Shown here in pieces: positions 11,226 through 21,355 of a DNA stretch of 64,000 nt. Below the pieces are notes generated by a model. That model saw only the letters and a program-made list of their open reading frames with translations. It was not told the DNA's origin and made no database searches. This DNA is from Halorussus marinus. GTDB lineage: Archaea; Halobacteriota; Halobacteria; Halobacteriales; Haladaptataceae. The stretch is taken from positions 1 to 64,000 of the forward strand of contig NZ_SBIV01000011.1 in the NCBI RefSeq assembly GCF_004765795.1, written 5' to 3'. The first letter of the stretch is position 1, and the number at the start of each line of letters is the position of its first letter. Made by a program: the position numbers and the translations under genes.

Positions 11226-11597
11226 ATGCCGACAAATACAGACGATACGCGACTTATTACGCTCCTCCTCGTTATCATCGGTGCCGTATTCATCGTCCCG
11301 TTGTTCTTCATGGGCTTCGGGATGATGGGGTTCGGTCCGATGATGGGCGGGATGTGGGGCGGTCACATGTGGGGCGACGGGACGATGCCTGGCTGGATGT
11401 TCATCGTCGGCATCGTGATGCAGCTGCTGTTCCTCGCCGCCCTCGTCGGTGGTGGGTACCTCATCTATCGCGCAGTCACGGGAGATGCGAGTGACTCGGA
11501 CCAAGCACTCGAAGAGCTTCGGCTTGCCTACGCTCGCGGCGAGCTGACCGACGAGGAATACGAACAGCGACGCGAAGCACTCGAACGAGACACTTGA
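11226..11597 (+). CDS. SHOCT-domain membrane protein
   Basis: GMMG repeats; LRLAYARGELTDEEYEQRR. Confidence 0.85.
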   Translation: MPTNTDDTRLITLLLVIIGAVFIVPLFFMGFGMMGFGPMMGGMWGGHMWGDGTMPGWMFIVGIVMQLLFLAALVGGGYLIYRAVTGDASDSDQALEELRLAYARGELTDEEYEQRREALERDT

Positions 11598-11614
11598 CCC
11601 GATACATCTGAAGC

Positions 11615-12250
11615 ATGGCCAGCTTCCCTGATCACCGTCAACAGTCGACCCGTCCGCAACTTCCAGCATGGCTTGACCAATACACGACGCTGGGATTATA
11701 CGGCCTCCTCGTTGGCACGGGACTCTGCCTGATCGCCTTCCTCACGAATCCCGTTCCCGACCCCTCGTTCCCGTGGGCGACGCTACCGGAGTCGCTTCGA
11801 TTCCCCTTTGAGCAGCCACGGATCGAGCACTGGCCAGTCACGTACACCATCGGCATCTGGCTGTGGATCATCGGGTTCCCGGCGCTGTTCCTTGCTGGCT
11901 ACCGGCGATTCGGAACTCGAACACCGTTCGGCTCGATGTTCTGGCTTACTGGCCTCCCCACGCTGGCGATGCTCGGGTGGACGACCTACTGTCGATTCTT
12001 CTGGCCAAAACTCCATCCACCGACCTGGAATGCTCCCTCCTATACACTGATTTGCTGGTTGTACTGCTCCTCGTACAATGTGGTTTGGAGTAACACCGCG
12101 TATCTGATCGCGCTGTTCGGTATTATCGCAACGCTGCTCGCCGTACGTAACCAGAACGCAGACGGAGTCGCTCTTCTCGGGTTTGGGATCTTGGCACTCC
12201 CCCTCGGATTACCAGCAGTGTACGAAGGGTATCGCCGAACGACGACCTGA
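11615..12250 (+). CDS. Hypothetical membrane protein
   Basis: Hydrophobic 211-aa ORF directly after the SHOCT gene. Confidence 0.75.
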   Translation: MASFPDHRQQSTRPQLPAWLDQYTTLGLYGLLVGTGLCLIAFLTNPVPDPSFPWATLPESLRFPFEQPRIEHWPVTYTIGIWLWIIGFPALFLAGYRRFGTRTPFGSMFWLTGLPTLAMLGWTTYCRFFWPKLHPPTWNAPSYTLICWLYCSSYNVVWSNTAYLIALFGIIATLLAVRNQNADGVALLGFGILALPLGLPAVYEGYRRTTT

Positions 12251-12352
12251 GAGAGTGACCGACTCAGAAATAGTGCGCTTTAGGAACCGCTGAGAACGCG
12301 AACAAATGCACGTTGTAGGACACTCCGGAGACCAATCTACTGGATTTGTCGA

Positions 12353-12574
12353 TTAGCAACAGTCGGTTACATTGGGGTTCCACTCACACGAATTGCCTGT
12401 CGTAAGGTCGTTCTCGTCGATGTACGCTGAGAGACAAGCGTAGTTACAGAAGTACAGCGGAGATCCACAGTCGTCGTCACAATCGCGGACACAGATCGGG
12501 TCGTGGTCGAAGATACGTGACTCACAGTACACACATGTCTCCTCCGCGTCGGGAGTTACAACAGTCGTAGACAT
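12353..12574 (-). CDS. Small Cys-rich metal-binding protein (73 aa, 10 Cys)
   Basis: MSTTVVTPDAEETCVYCES...YFCNYAC...DCC. Confidence 0.7.
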   Translation of the reverse strand: MSTTVVTPDAEETCVYCESRIFDHDPICVRDCDDDCGSPLYFCNYACLSAYIDENDLTTGNSCEWNPNVTDCC

Positions 12575-12744
12575 ACCGGTGCCACGGATGCTGGAATGGA
12601 AAACGTATCGTACGAGTGTGAGCAGCGCTTCTGTATCACGCACGCAGGTACTGCCAATTATTAGGGATTTCAACGATGACCTAGATTCACGAATCATGCA
12701 AGCCGGGTCCCCAGTTTGACTATCCCTCCCTCCCACCATGGAGT

Positions 12745-13566
12745 ATGTCCCGCGATCTCTATGACTGCACCGCGGCTGAACTCGCTACCCACTCCGTCGA
12801 ACACCTCCAACACGACACGCCACCACGCACCGCTGCCGAGTGGCTCGCCGAGAACGGCTACGACGCCGCCCCGGTCTACGCGAACGACGACCCAATCGGA
12901 TTCATCCACAAAAACGACGTCACAACCGACGACGACGGCGACACCCTGGACGACCACCTCACCCCGCTGACCATCGGCCACATGATCAGCGGCGACACAC
13001 CGTTCACCGACATCCTGTCCGCCCTCATCGAGCAACCAGTCTACTTCCTCGGCGGCCACAACCACGTCACCGGCATCCTCACCCGCGCCGATCTCAACAC
13101 CGCCCCAGCACGCATCTACCTCTTCGACCGCATCACCTACCTCGAAGAACACCTCCGCGAACTCATCCTCGACACGAAACCAGACTGGAAAACCACGCCC
13201 GTCACCGCAGACGAACTCGACGACATCGAAGACCGGTACGAAGACGCCCAAGCCGCCAACGTCGCGCTAGACGAACTCCACTACGCACAATTCTCCACGC
13301 TCGAAACCATCGTCACCAGCGTCGAAGCCTGCTGGCAAACCTGCGGGTTCTCCACGAAAGGCAGCGCAGGCTCACGACTCCACGAAGTCACCCAACTCCG
13401 CAACGACGTCGCCCACGCCAACCTCCTCGTCGAAAACACAGATAGTAACGAGTTCCTCAGCACCGGCCGCACCACAGAAAACCTGTATGACACTCTCGAC
13501 ACCATCGACCAAGTACTCACGAACCTGCAGGAAGCCGGGTACGCCCCAGAGACAGTAGAAGCATAA
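12745..13566 (+). CDS. CBS-domain protein with a C-terminal HEPN-like (Swt1-type) domain
   Basis: CBS-like YDAAPVY..IGFI and VTGILTRADLN; C-terminal LRNDVAH (Rx4H). Confidence 0.7.
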   Translation: MSRDLYDCTAAELATHSVEHLQHDTPPRTAAEWLAENGYDAAPVYANDDPIGFIHKNDVTTDDDGDTLDDHLTPLTIGHMISGDTPFTDILSALIEQPVYFLGGHNHVTGILTRADLNTAPARIYLFDRITYLEEHLRELILDTKPDWKTTPVTADELDDIEDRYEDAQAANVALDELHYAQFSTLETIVTSVEACWQTCGFSTKGSAGSRLHEVTQLRNDVAHANLLVENTDSNEFLSTGRTTENLYDTLDTIDQVLTNLQEAGYAPETVEA

Positions 13567-13723
13567 CGTACAGTGAACCCGGGTCGAATCGCGCTCTCCA
13601 TCTAGTCGACACGGCTCAATTAGAACTGCTCGTAGAGAGACTCACAGAAGGAACGATGATGGGAACCCCCTCGCATCCTCCTCTTGGAGAATCTATAAAT
13701 GCTTGACTGGGGTTCACACTACC

Positions 13724-16588
13724 ATGGTTCCCTGGCGGGTGTACCAGCAAATCGCCACCGAGCTCGATGTCCCTCCCGAGACGATGCACCTCGTCAACGT
13801 GCTTGCTGATGGCGGCTATCTCACGGAGAACCAGCCGCCGTATCTGAACTACGACTTACCTGACTTTGGCACGCAGGTCACGTGGCTGGAAAAGCACCCG
13901 ACGCAAGGGATCGCATACTGTAAAGAACGCTACGGGGAGGACGCCGCAGTCGCCGCGACAATCCATGCTGTCGGCACAGAGGTTGCCTCCCGGACGGAGG
14001 GCGATCTCGCGGTTGGCTTCGCCATCCTCGGCAACTACATCGACGACTTTCTGCAGGACATTTCCCGGCACGACATCGCTGCCGAGGTCGAGAAAGTCCG
14101 GTCGTATTTCGATGCGAACACGATGGAGCTCAAGCGCATCGAAGACGCGCATACCGACGAGGAAACCACGTACGAGTACTGTGATTACTGTGGCGACGAA
14201 CTCGAAACCGCGTTCAGGTATCGCTGCGGAACGTGTGGCACGCGGTTCCCCGGCTGGTCGGCACTCGTCTTCGCTGAAGGTGAAGAACAGAGCGACTCGA
14301 AATGGCGCGAACAGCTCGACGTCACCGTTCTGAGCCAGAACGTCGAGAAGCGATTCCTCGTCCTCCGCTCGAAAACCTCGCTTCCCGGGTGGATCGAAGA
14401 AGGCGGGCAAATCGGTCAGATCATCGACGGCAGCCTCCACGACATGGGCCGCGTGGTGAATATCGATAACCGCGACATCCAAGTCGATTACTGGGGCGGC
14501 GTCGCAACAAGCCTTGAATCAGGACAGGACATCACGGTCTGCAGCTCCGAAACGATGATCGCCACAACCCAGCAACTCGGGTTGTTACGAGAACTACGCC
14601 GCGACTTCGCAGGCTGGCGGAACGAACAGAACCCAGACCCGACAGTGGCGAAACTCGCTGTCAACGGCCCCCACCTGTGCAACACACTCGACCAATCCAC
14701 GATCACTCCGCCGACACCTGCCGAGGTAGAGGATACGCGGAGTCTCGACGGCTTCGAACTCGACGACTCACAGCAATCCGTGCTGGCCGACATCCTCGGC
14801 CTCGACCCCGGAGACCTCTCACTCGTCGTTGGGCCACCAGGGTCCGGGAAAACCGAGGTGATCGCTAAAGCCGCGCACGAACTTGCGAACCGAGGCGAAT
14901 CCGTCCTCGTCACGTCGCACACCAACATCGCCGTTGACAACGTCATCGAGAAACTCAGCCACCAAGATTCGCATCAACTCGTCCGGGCCGGCCGGCCTGA
15001 GAAAATGTCGAAGGGTACGTCCGAAGTGATGCTCTCGAAAGTCATCGACGAGAGCGACGACGACTCCGTCTCAGAGTTGCTGGAGGAGGTCGAGGCCCTC
15101 AAATCGGAGATCAGCAACATGGGGAGTCAACTGGAGCACGACCAGGAGCAATACGAGGTGTTGCAACGAGCGGCTGAAACCGGACCTGTCAGCAACACGC
15201 AGATGAGCGAGGTCGAGGACGAGATCGATGCGAAGCAAGCCAAGCTCTCCGAAACGCGGCGGAAGATACAGGAGCTCCAGTCGGAGGCGGAGAAAACCTC
15301 CATCGAGAACGCGGACATCACCGGTGCGACGATCATCCGCTCCCAACTCGGCGGCCTCGCCCAGGTCCAGTTCGATACGGTCATCATCGACGAAGCGAGC
15401 CAAATCCCCGTCCCGCTCGGCCTCCTCGGGATGATCAACGCGAAGAAATGGGTGGTCGTCGGCGACCACCATCAACTCCAGCCAGTCCTCAAGACCCTCT
15501 CGACGAGCGACGGCAGCCCACCTGACGACGCCTCCATCTTCTCGTTCCTCCGCAACCGATACGATATCGACCAGTGGCTCGAATACCACTACCGAAGCCA
15601 CGCCGACATCATCGGCTTCTCCCAAGACCACATCTACGACGGGAACATCACCATCGACGACTCCTGCCCCAGCGGGTTCGAATGGGACCCCGCGGACGAC
15701 CCCGATTCGAACGTCGAAGCCATCTGCGACGGCCCACCCGTCACGTTCGTGGACATCACCGGCGAGCAATCCTGGCGCAAACGCTTCAGCGGCTCCGTCA
15801 ACACCGCAGAAGTCGATGTCGTCGCCGACCTCGTCGCCCACCTCATAGACGAGCACGGCATCCCAGAATCCGAACTCGGCGTCATCACACCCTACCGCGG
15901 GCAACGTACCCTGATCAGCGACGAACTCACCGACTACGGCAGCGTCGAAGTCTCAACCGTCGACGGCTTCCAAGGCCGCGAGCGAGAAACGATCATCTTC
16001 AGCGCCGTCAACACCGAGAAATCCGGGCTGCAATTCGCCGGGAACAAGAACCGCTTCAACGTCGCCTGCACCCGCCCGAAAGACCAGTTCATCATGGTCG
16101 GCAACAAAACCGCCATCGAAGAGAACGCCCCGCGGAGAAACACACTCCGCGCATTCATCCGCTACGCCAGCAAGCACGGCGGCGTCTTCAACTGGGACGG
16201 CGGACTCTGGACTGACGGAATCGACCCCTCCAACGTCCCTGCACCAGAGCCACGCGACCAACCCGACATCATCGAACCACCGGCTGGCCAGTCCTCGAAC
16301 ACAGGTCGTACAACGACCACCACCAATGGCTCCGGACACAGTAGTAGTGGCAACCAGTCAGACAGCCCTTCCGTCGATCCGCAAGTCCGCTCACGAGTCA
16401 CGGACATCGTCCAGTTAGCCCCGACATCAAACGGCGAATTAGCCGACGCATGGGGCCTCGACACCGGGAAAGAAGCCTGGCAATACCTCACCTCAGAACT
16501 CGACGACTACTACGAACGAAACGCCGACCACAAAATCCAACCAACCGACAAAGCCCACAAGCTCGTTTCGACTCCGAACACACCGTAA
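13724..16588 (+). CDS. SF1 DNA2/NAM7 (Upf1-like) helicase with an N-terminal Zn ribbon and a C-terminal wHTH-like domain
   Basis: GPPGSGKT, IIDEASQ, VGDHHQLQP, VDGFQGRE and FNVACTR motifs; CDYC..CGTC. Confidence 0.9.
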   Translation: MVPWRVYQQIATELDVPPETMHLVNVLADGGYLTENQPPYLNYDLPDFGTQVTWLEKHPTQGIAYCKERYGEDAAVAATIHAVGTEVASRTEGDLAVGFAILGNYIDDFLQDISRHDIAAEVEKVRSYFDANTMELKRIEDAHTDEETTYEYCDYCGDELETAFRYRCGTCGTRFPGWSALVFAEGEEQSDSKWREQLDVTVLSQNVEKRFLVLRSKTSLPGWIEEGGQIGQIIDGSLHDMGRVVNIDNRDIQVDYWGGVATSLESGQDITVCSSETMIATTQQLGLLRELRRDFAGWRNEQNPDPTVAKLAVNGPHLCNTLDQSTITPPTPAEVEDTRSLDGFELDDSQQSVLADILGLDPGDLSLVVGPPGSGKTEVIAKAAHELANRGESVLVTSHTNIAVDNVIEKLSHQDSHQLVRAGRPEKMSKGTSEVMLSKVIDESDDDSVSELLEEVEALKSEISNMGSQLEHDQEQYEVLQRAAETGPVSNTQMSEVEDEIDAKQAKLSETRRKIQELQSEAEKTSIENADITGATIIRSQLGGLAQVQFDTVIIDEASQIPVPLGLLGMINAKKWVVVGDHHQLQPVLKTLSTSDGSPPDDASIFSFLRNRYDIDQWLEYHYRSHADIIGFSQDHIYDGNITIDDSCPSGFEWDPADDPDSNVEAICDGPPVTFVDITGEQSWRKRFSGSVNTAEVDVVADLVAHLIDEHGIPESELGVITPYRGQRTLISDELTDYGSVEVSTVDGFQGRERETIIFSAVNTEKSGLQFAGNKNRFNVACTRPKDQFIMVGNKTAIEENAPRRNTLRAFIRYASKHGGVFNWDGGLWTDGIDPSNVPAPEPRDQPDIIEPPAGQSSNTGRTTTTTNGSGHSSSGNQSDSPSVDPQVRSRVTDIVQLAPTSNGELADAWGLDTGKEAWQYLTSELDDYYERNADHKIQPTDKAHKLVSTPNTP

Positions 16589-16689
16589 CGCATCGGTGCC
16601 CCCGCATTCCGATTCCTCCAGATCCTAGAAAATCTAAAGTAAACCGTTTCTACAGCCACAAACGCTATTACTGAATACGCGCTCTCAAT

Positions 16690-17238
16690 TCAGCAGGATC
16701 CTACGACCTCTTTCAATGAGAAATATTCGGTGATACACGCGGGAGAGATGCCGTCCTCAACTACGACTTCCGGACGGTAGTACTGTTCGCTAAGCGGTTC
16801 AATTCTATCTAGCGCGGGAATCTCAGCCAAGGATGTAACATACTTCGTGAGCGCGTCCTCGTACGACTCTGATATCATCACGTCGTCGGGTTCCTCTAAA
16901 TATTGGAAGTCAATCGCATCGGAGATGAACTGGAATTCCGCCATATACAGTGGCCGCTCAATTTTCGTCGCGTCAATAACAACCACTATCTCCGGAATAG
17001 AGAGCTCACGACCATCTGCTGGAGACAAATTTTCAACTGCCAGTTCCAACGAGGGATAGAGAAAGCTACACTCTTGACGATCAATGGGGAACGCGATGTC
17101 TTTTTCAGCGGCTATTGCAGCCAGATCGGCCTCAAGCGAGTCACGGTGGGTACTGTCGGACGGCTGAACCCCTTCTTGTGTGATCGCCTCAAGTGCTTGC
17201 CGGGGAGCAAGATGATAGAGATACACAGAAGGTGTCAT
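16690..17238 (-). CDS. Hypothetical protein, possible ADP-ribosyltransferase-like fold
   Basis: YLYHLAP..LEAITQEGVQP start and PEVVVEDGISP end resemble KptA/ART-like proteins. Confidence 0.45.
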   Translation of the reverse strand: MTPSVYLYHLAPRQALEAITQEGVQPSDSTHRDSLEADLAAIAAEKDIAFPIDRQECSFLYPSLELAVENLSPADGRELSIPEIVVVIDATKIERPLYMAEFQFISDAIDFQYLEEPDDVMISESYEDALTKYVTSLAEIPALDRIEPLSEQYYRPEVVVEDGISPACITEYFSLKEVVGSC

Positions 17239-17423
17239 AGAACAGCTTCCAAAGAGAGTCTTACAGTACTTCTCGTTGAACTATCCGTTAGGAAAGTCTG
17301 CGTACCGAATATGGGACTTTCAATCAACGTCGGGTAACGGTTATCCACTCGTACTGAAATACTGGGCACGTATACTGCGCATTCTCGATTCGTCCAAATC
17401 ACGCGAATCTACGTGAGGGAACG

Positions 17424-17948
17424 TCACTCGGAGTCAGGTTTACTGAATCCAAGGATTACGAGTTCATGGAGATCGAGCATTGGTTCCATAAATCTGAGCA
17501 TCTTCCGTGTCCCGGAAAAGACTGTACTACCCGAATAGTAGTCCGGTACCACGAGACACCCAAATTCGACTTTTTTCCGCTCATTTACTTCGGTGTGTGC
17601 ACCTCGCCCGAACTTTGCGAGATCCTTCCAGACATATTTTCTCTCCGATTTTTCCAACTCTATGGCGATTCGCTGCTCTGGATGATACAGGTCTACACTA
17701 TGATTGAATCCCTCGTCGTCCCACAATGCGCACTCATCCGATCCTTCAAGCGAGTACTTCGTCAAGCTTTGTCCGACTCTTCGGTCAAACTCTGTAACTT
17801 CGCGGCCAGACTCAGACTCTAAAAACACATCTTCTGGGACGGATTCAATTGCTCGTCGAATCTGCGAAAGCTCGTCTTGAGGGAACACATGTTTCTCATT
17901 ATTGTCTCGAAATTCACTCAATCGGTGTGTTCCAATAATCTCGACCAT
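17424..17948 (-). CDS. PD-(D/E)xK restriction-endonuclease-like protein (BglII/BstYI-like)
   Basis: SVDLYH...IAIELEK...WKDLAKF. Confidence 0.6.
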   Translation of the reverse strand: MVEIIGTHRLSEFRDNNEKHVFPQDELSQIRRAIESVPEDVFLESESGREVTEFDRRVGQSLTKYSLEGSDECALWDDEGFNHSVDLYHPEQRIAIELEKSERKYVWKDLAKFGRGAHTEVNERKKVEFGCLVVPDYYSGSTVFSGTRKMLRFMEPMLDLHELVILGFSKPDSE

Positions 17949-18050
17949 ACACGATCCGTTTTCAGGAGAATGTATAGTATCTATGGACGGAGCGGGTCTA
18001 CTTGCTGACCACACCCACTCTATCCAGCAACACGACACCCGATTCGTCGG

Positions 18051-19103
18051 TCAGAGGGTCGAGTTTGCCTCTTGTAACGACTCGATAGCTTCCTGTAGGT
18101 GTGCCCGCAATTCATCGCTCATACGGTCATCATCTCCGGGTCGCCCACTCCGGGAGTCACTATCACGCGATACGTCCGCTGCCGAGTTCGATTTCGGTGT
18201 GCCCCATGTCTCAGTCCGTCCCAGATCGATGCTCTCCTGTTCGGCGACGTCGTCGAGCCGTTGCTGTTGGTCAGACTCGTGTTCAGCCGTCGCTGTGCTC
18301 TGTTCCGGGCGGGACCCAGTCGGACGTCCGCCGCGTCCGAACGCGTCCAGCGGGAAATCGTACGCGTATGCTCGCTTCACTTTGTTGAACGTTGTACGGC
18401 GGGAGATCCCGAGCACCTCCGTGATGTTACTCCGGTCGCACCCGCGTTCTAACGCCTGCCGAACCTGCTCGTCCTCCATCCGTTGCAACAGTAATTGCTG
18501 GTCGTCTGGGATGTGGCCGCGCGCTGAGTTCTCGATCTGATCGACGAGCCCCCACTCGCCAGTCTCAATGTCCTTGTCGACGATCTGCCGGTCGCGCGAC
18601 TCGATCCGGTTATCGAGCCCCATCAACACCCAGAGGCGCTCCCGGACCGCAGACACTGACAGGTCCGCGGTCATCCCGGACGCAATGTCTCCGGTCCGTG
18701 TCGGCCCGTGTGTCGCCAAGTACTGCAACACTTCGACGTCCTGCGGGAGGAGGACGCTTCGGTCTGCTTCCGTAATCGTGACCGGTGACTCACCCGGCGT
18801 CGCCTGCTGATGCACCCAGCTGTGACAGGGGCGGCACAGCAGCGTCAAATTCTCCAGGTCGTGCTCGCCCATCCCGTCTGGATCCCGCTCAATATGATGG
18901 ACGTGCAGTGTCGCCAACCCGCCTTCCGCCGGGCTGCGCCGCCCGCACGACTGGCAGCGGTGCTTGTACTCCTCTAGAACGTCTTGACGCGTATCCGGGT
19001 CAACCGTCTCGTGACAGTTACAGTGCCCGGGCTGTTCGGACTCGCCGCTCTTCGTTCGGTCACCGCTCGATTCGCCGTGTCGTCGTGCCGTAGTTTCTGC
19101 CAT
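18051..19103 (-). CDS. HNH endonuclease with HTH domains
   Basis: CQSCG..LHVHHI..NLTLLCRPCHSWVH; HTH segments downstream. Confidence 0.85.
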   Translation of the reverse strand: MAETTARRHGESSGDRTKSGESEQPGHCNCHETVDPDTRQDVLEEYKHRCQSCGRRSPAEGGLATLHVHHIERDPDGMGEHDLENLTLLCRPCHSWVHQQATPGESPVTITEADRSVLLPQDVEVLQYLATHGPTRTGDIASGMTADLSVSAVRERLWVLMGLDNRIESRDRQIVDKDIETGEWGLVDQIENSARGHIPDDQQLLLQRMEDEQVRQALERGCDRSNITEVLGISRRTTFNKVKRAYAYDFPLDAFGRGGRPTGSRPEQSTATAEHESDQQQRLDDVAEQESIDLGRTETWGTPKSNSAADVSRDSDSRSGRPGDDDRMSDELRAHLQEAIESLQEANSTL

Positions 19104-19289
19104 GCTTCGTCCTCGTGGTGGTCAGTTACGCGCCGATACGCCGGGTACTGCGTGCTGTATCGCTTCAATCCGCACGTGCGCAGGGATCGCTACGACTGGG
19201 TCGAGATCGGTAGTCCAGCTGGGCTGAGTGGAGTGCTGGAGCCAGGGTGCTGGCGTGCCGATCTCGGGGGTGGGTGTGTGCGACGCATG

Positions 19290-19958
19290 CTACACCTCTC
19301 TGGTCGGGGTGAGTGACTTCACTTGGAACTCGGACTTGCTACAGTATCGTTCGGCGATACGGCCGAGCGCTCGCGTCCGCAGCACGTCCGCGACGTTATG
19401 CAACACGAGCTCCGCGAACCGCCCGTCCTCAAACGCCGCTACAGCCGCCGCACTATCATCGAACGGGTCGAGATCACCGTACGGGCCGTCGCACAACACG
19501 TCGTACGCCGTTACGAGGCCACCCTGGTCGGCGCCATCCACTGTCGTGTTGAATCGGTCCGTGACGACCGGCATCATATCCGCATACGGCGCGTCCACGA
19601 ACGGCCACGCCAACTCACGGTGCGCGTACCGCGTTCGAAGGAACGGTAAATCGAACCCGCCGTTCCACGTCTCCCCGTTGTACGCGACCAGCAGGATGTC
19701 CTCATCACGGAACCGCTCCGCAACGAACTCGGACACCGCGAGCAACAGCTCTCGTTCACACGCGTGGGTAGACACGCTCACAAGCGTCTCTGACACTGCG
19801 GACTCAACCGCCGCCTCAATACCTGACGCGTCTCTCCCGTCAGTCTGCACGAACACTCGCACACCCAGCGGCACCGCAAACCCGACCGTCGTCACGACAT
19901 CAACCGCGTCGAACCCGGTCGTCTCAATATCAAACGCCACTTGCTCCAACACCATCAC
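19290..19958 (-). CDS. DEDD (RNase H-fold) 3'-5' exonuclease, HRAMP-associated
   Basis: AFDIETTG, AYNG..FDLPFL and HNVADV motifs. Confidence 0.85.
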   Translation of the reverse strand: MMVLEQVAFDIETTGFDAVDVVTTVGFAVPLGVRVFVQTDGRDASGIEAAVESAVSETLVSVSTHACERELLLAVSEFVAERFRDEDILLVAYNGETWNGGFDLPFLRTRYAHRELAWPFVDAPYADMMPVVTDRFNTTVDGADQGGLVTAYDVLCDGPYGDLDPFDDSAAAVAAFEDGRFAELVLHNVADVLRTRALGRIAERYCSKSEFQVKSLTPTREV

Positions 19959-20929
19959 ACGTCACCCCCTGCGTGCGTAGCGTCCCGCTCGGGAACACGG
20001 TCCTCGGTCGCCGGGCGGACGCGGAACTCACCGAATCCGAACCGCGAATGCGTCCCAACCCGCAGCACGCCGTTCCGTGCCGTCTCAACCGGATCATCAC
20101 CAGCATACTCGACGATTTGCCCGTGATCTACCGTGTCCACCACGTACGACTCGGCACCATCTGCGAGCCGGGTCTCCCGGCGCCGTAACTCGCCCGTCGA
20201 CAGCCCGGACCTCGTTTCCGCCGTGTCGACACGCCACCACCACGGCACGCTCTGCGGATCACCACTCGGATGCTCGGAATCCAGCACGTACGGGGACACT
20301 AACTCGATCCGGCAGGCCTCACCGCTCGACTGCGCTGCCTCCAGCCGTGAGTAGTCCAGCGAATCCACGTCCACGACCTGCGTTGCAACGACCGACAGGT
20401 CGCCAAACCCGTAGTTCCGCGCGCCGCCGACCTGCAGTCCGTCGAGCACGTCCGCATCGACCGGGACGACATCGTCGCCGCGCGACTCGCTGTGGAGATA
20501 GCAGTGCACGTACCACGACACCGACCGCCGCTGGTTCCGCTGCCCGGCTGGCCGGCCAAACCAGCACGTGTCGTCGAACGCCACTCGGCCACCGTGCCGT
20601 TGCAGGTCGAGCGCGTTGTGCGCGTCTCGCGGCCGCGAATCCAGCAACCATCGCTGCGCCGCATCACGGAACACGAACAAATCCTCGTACGCCTCAACAG
20701 CAGGCAGCGACTGCCCGAGCTTCCCTGCATACCCATCCTGCGACGCCGCCGCAGGGTACGCACCGTACTCGCCCGGCAGGAACACGCCGTGACTCACCTG
20801 GAGCGACCGCCGCGTCTCACCGTCGACACGCCGCGCAACAGCGTTGAACAACGCGTTCCCCGTCACGAAATACGGGTGCCCGAGGTACTGCCCGTCCAGC
20901 TCGAACAACACTTGTTGAATCCGCGTCAC
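19955..20929 (-). CDS. Diverged Cas5-group RAMP protein (HRAMP)
   Basis: FELDGQY..TGNALFNAVA; two glycine-rich loops, LQVGGARNYGFG and LRVGTHSRFGFG. Confidence 0.75.
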   Translation of the reverse strand: MTRIQQVLFELDGQYLGHPYFVTGNALFNAVARRVDGETRRSLQVSHGVFLPGEYGAYPAAASQDGYAGKLGQSLPAVEAYEDLFVFRDAAQRWLLDSRPRDAHNALDLQRHGGRVAFDDTCWFGRPAGQRNQRRSVSWYVHCYLHSESRGDDVVPVDADVLDGLQVGGARNYGFGDLSVVATQVVDVDSLDYSRLEAAQSSGEACRIELVSPYVLDSEHPSGDPQSVPWWWRVDTAETRSGLSTGELRRRETRLADGAESYVVDTVDHGQIVEYAGDDPVETARNGVLRVGTHSRFGFGEFRVRPATEDRVPERDATHAGGDV

Positions 20930-20981
20930 GCACACCACCCCACACGGCGCTGGGCAACCACGTCGCTAGGCGGCCGGCACG

Positions 20982-21286
20982 CACCCACTCCGTTTCCAGT
21001 GTCTTTCACCCCGCAGCGCGACCACGATCTGCCACCCCACCACAGCACTCCACCACACACCCGGTTTCCAGTGCCACGACCCACAGAGACGCTCACACGC
21101 CCGAATGTAGCACCTCCGGATACGGTCGAAGCAGACTGCAGCCGGACACACACCCTGTTTCCAGTGTCATCTCGACGACCGCCCACGCTTGAACCACACA
21201 CCCCATTTCCAGTGTCATCGACACAGCAACCACCGAACACGGTCCCCCGCCGACCGACCGATCCACACACCCCGTTTCCAGTGCCA
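20982..21286 (-). repeat. Array of five 23-bp direct repeats with unique spacers (CRISPR-like or ORB-like) inside the HRAMP operon
   Basis: + strand consensus CACACACCCCGTTTCCAGTGYCA at 20982, 21054, 21147, 21195 and 21264; spacers 49, 70, 25 and 46 bp. Confidence 0.85.
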
Positions 21287-21355
21287 CGGGCCAAACAGGC
21301 ACGCTCCCCGGAGAAACCAGCCGGTCTCTCACCACCAGCACCCACGACACCGTGA

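Noticed and set aside
21005..21263. Self-targeting of the array spacers within the window
   Set aside because: No match seen by eye; this was not an exhaustive search.
20982..21286. Calling the array a canonical CRISPR
   Set aside because: Spacer lengths are irregular (25-70 bp), repeats are degenerate and non-palindromic, and there is no leader or cas1/cas2, so it is reported as a repeat array instead.
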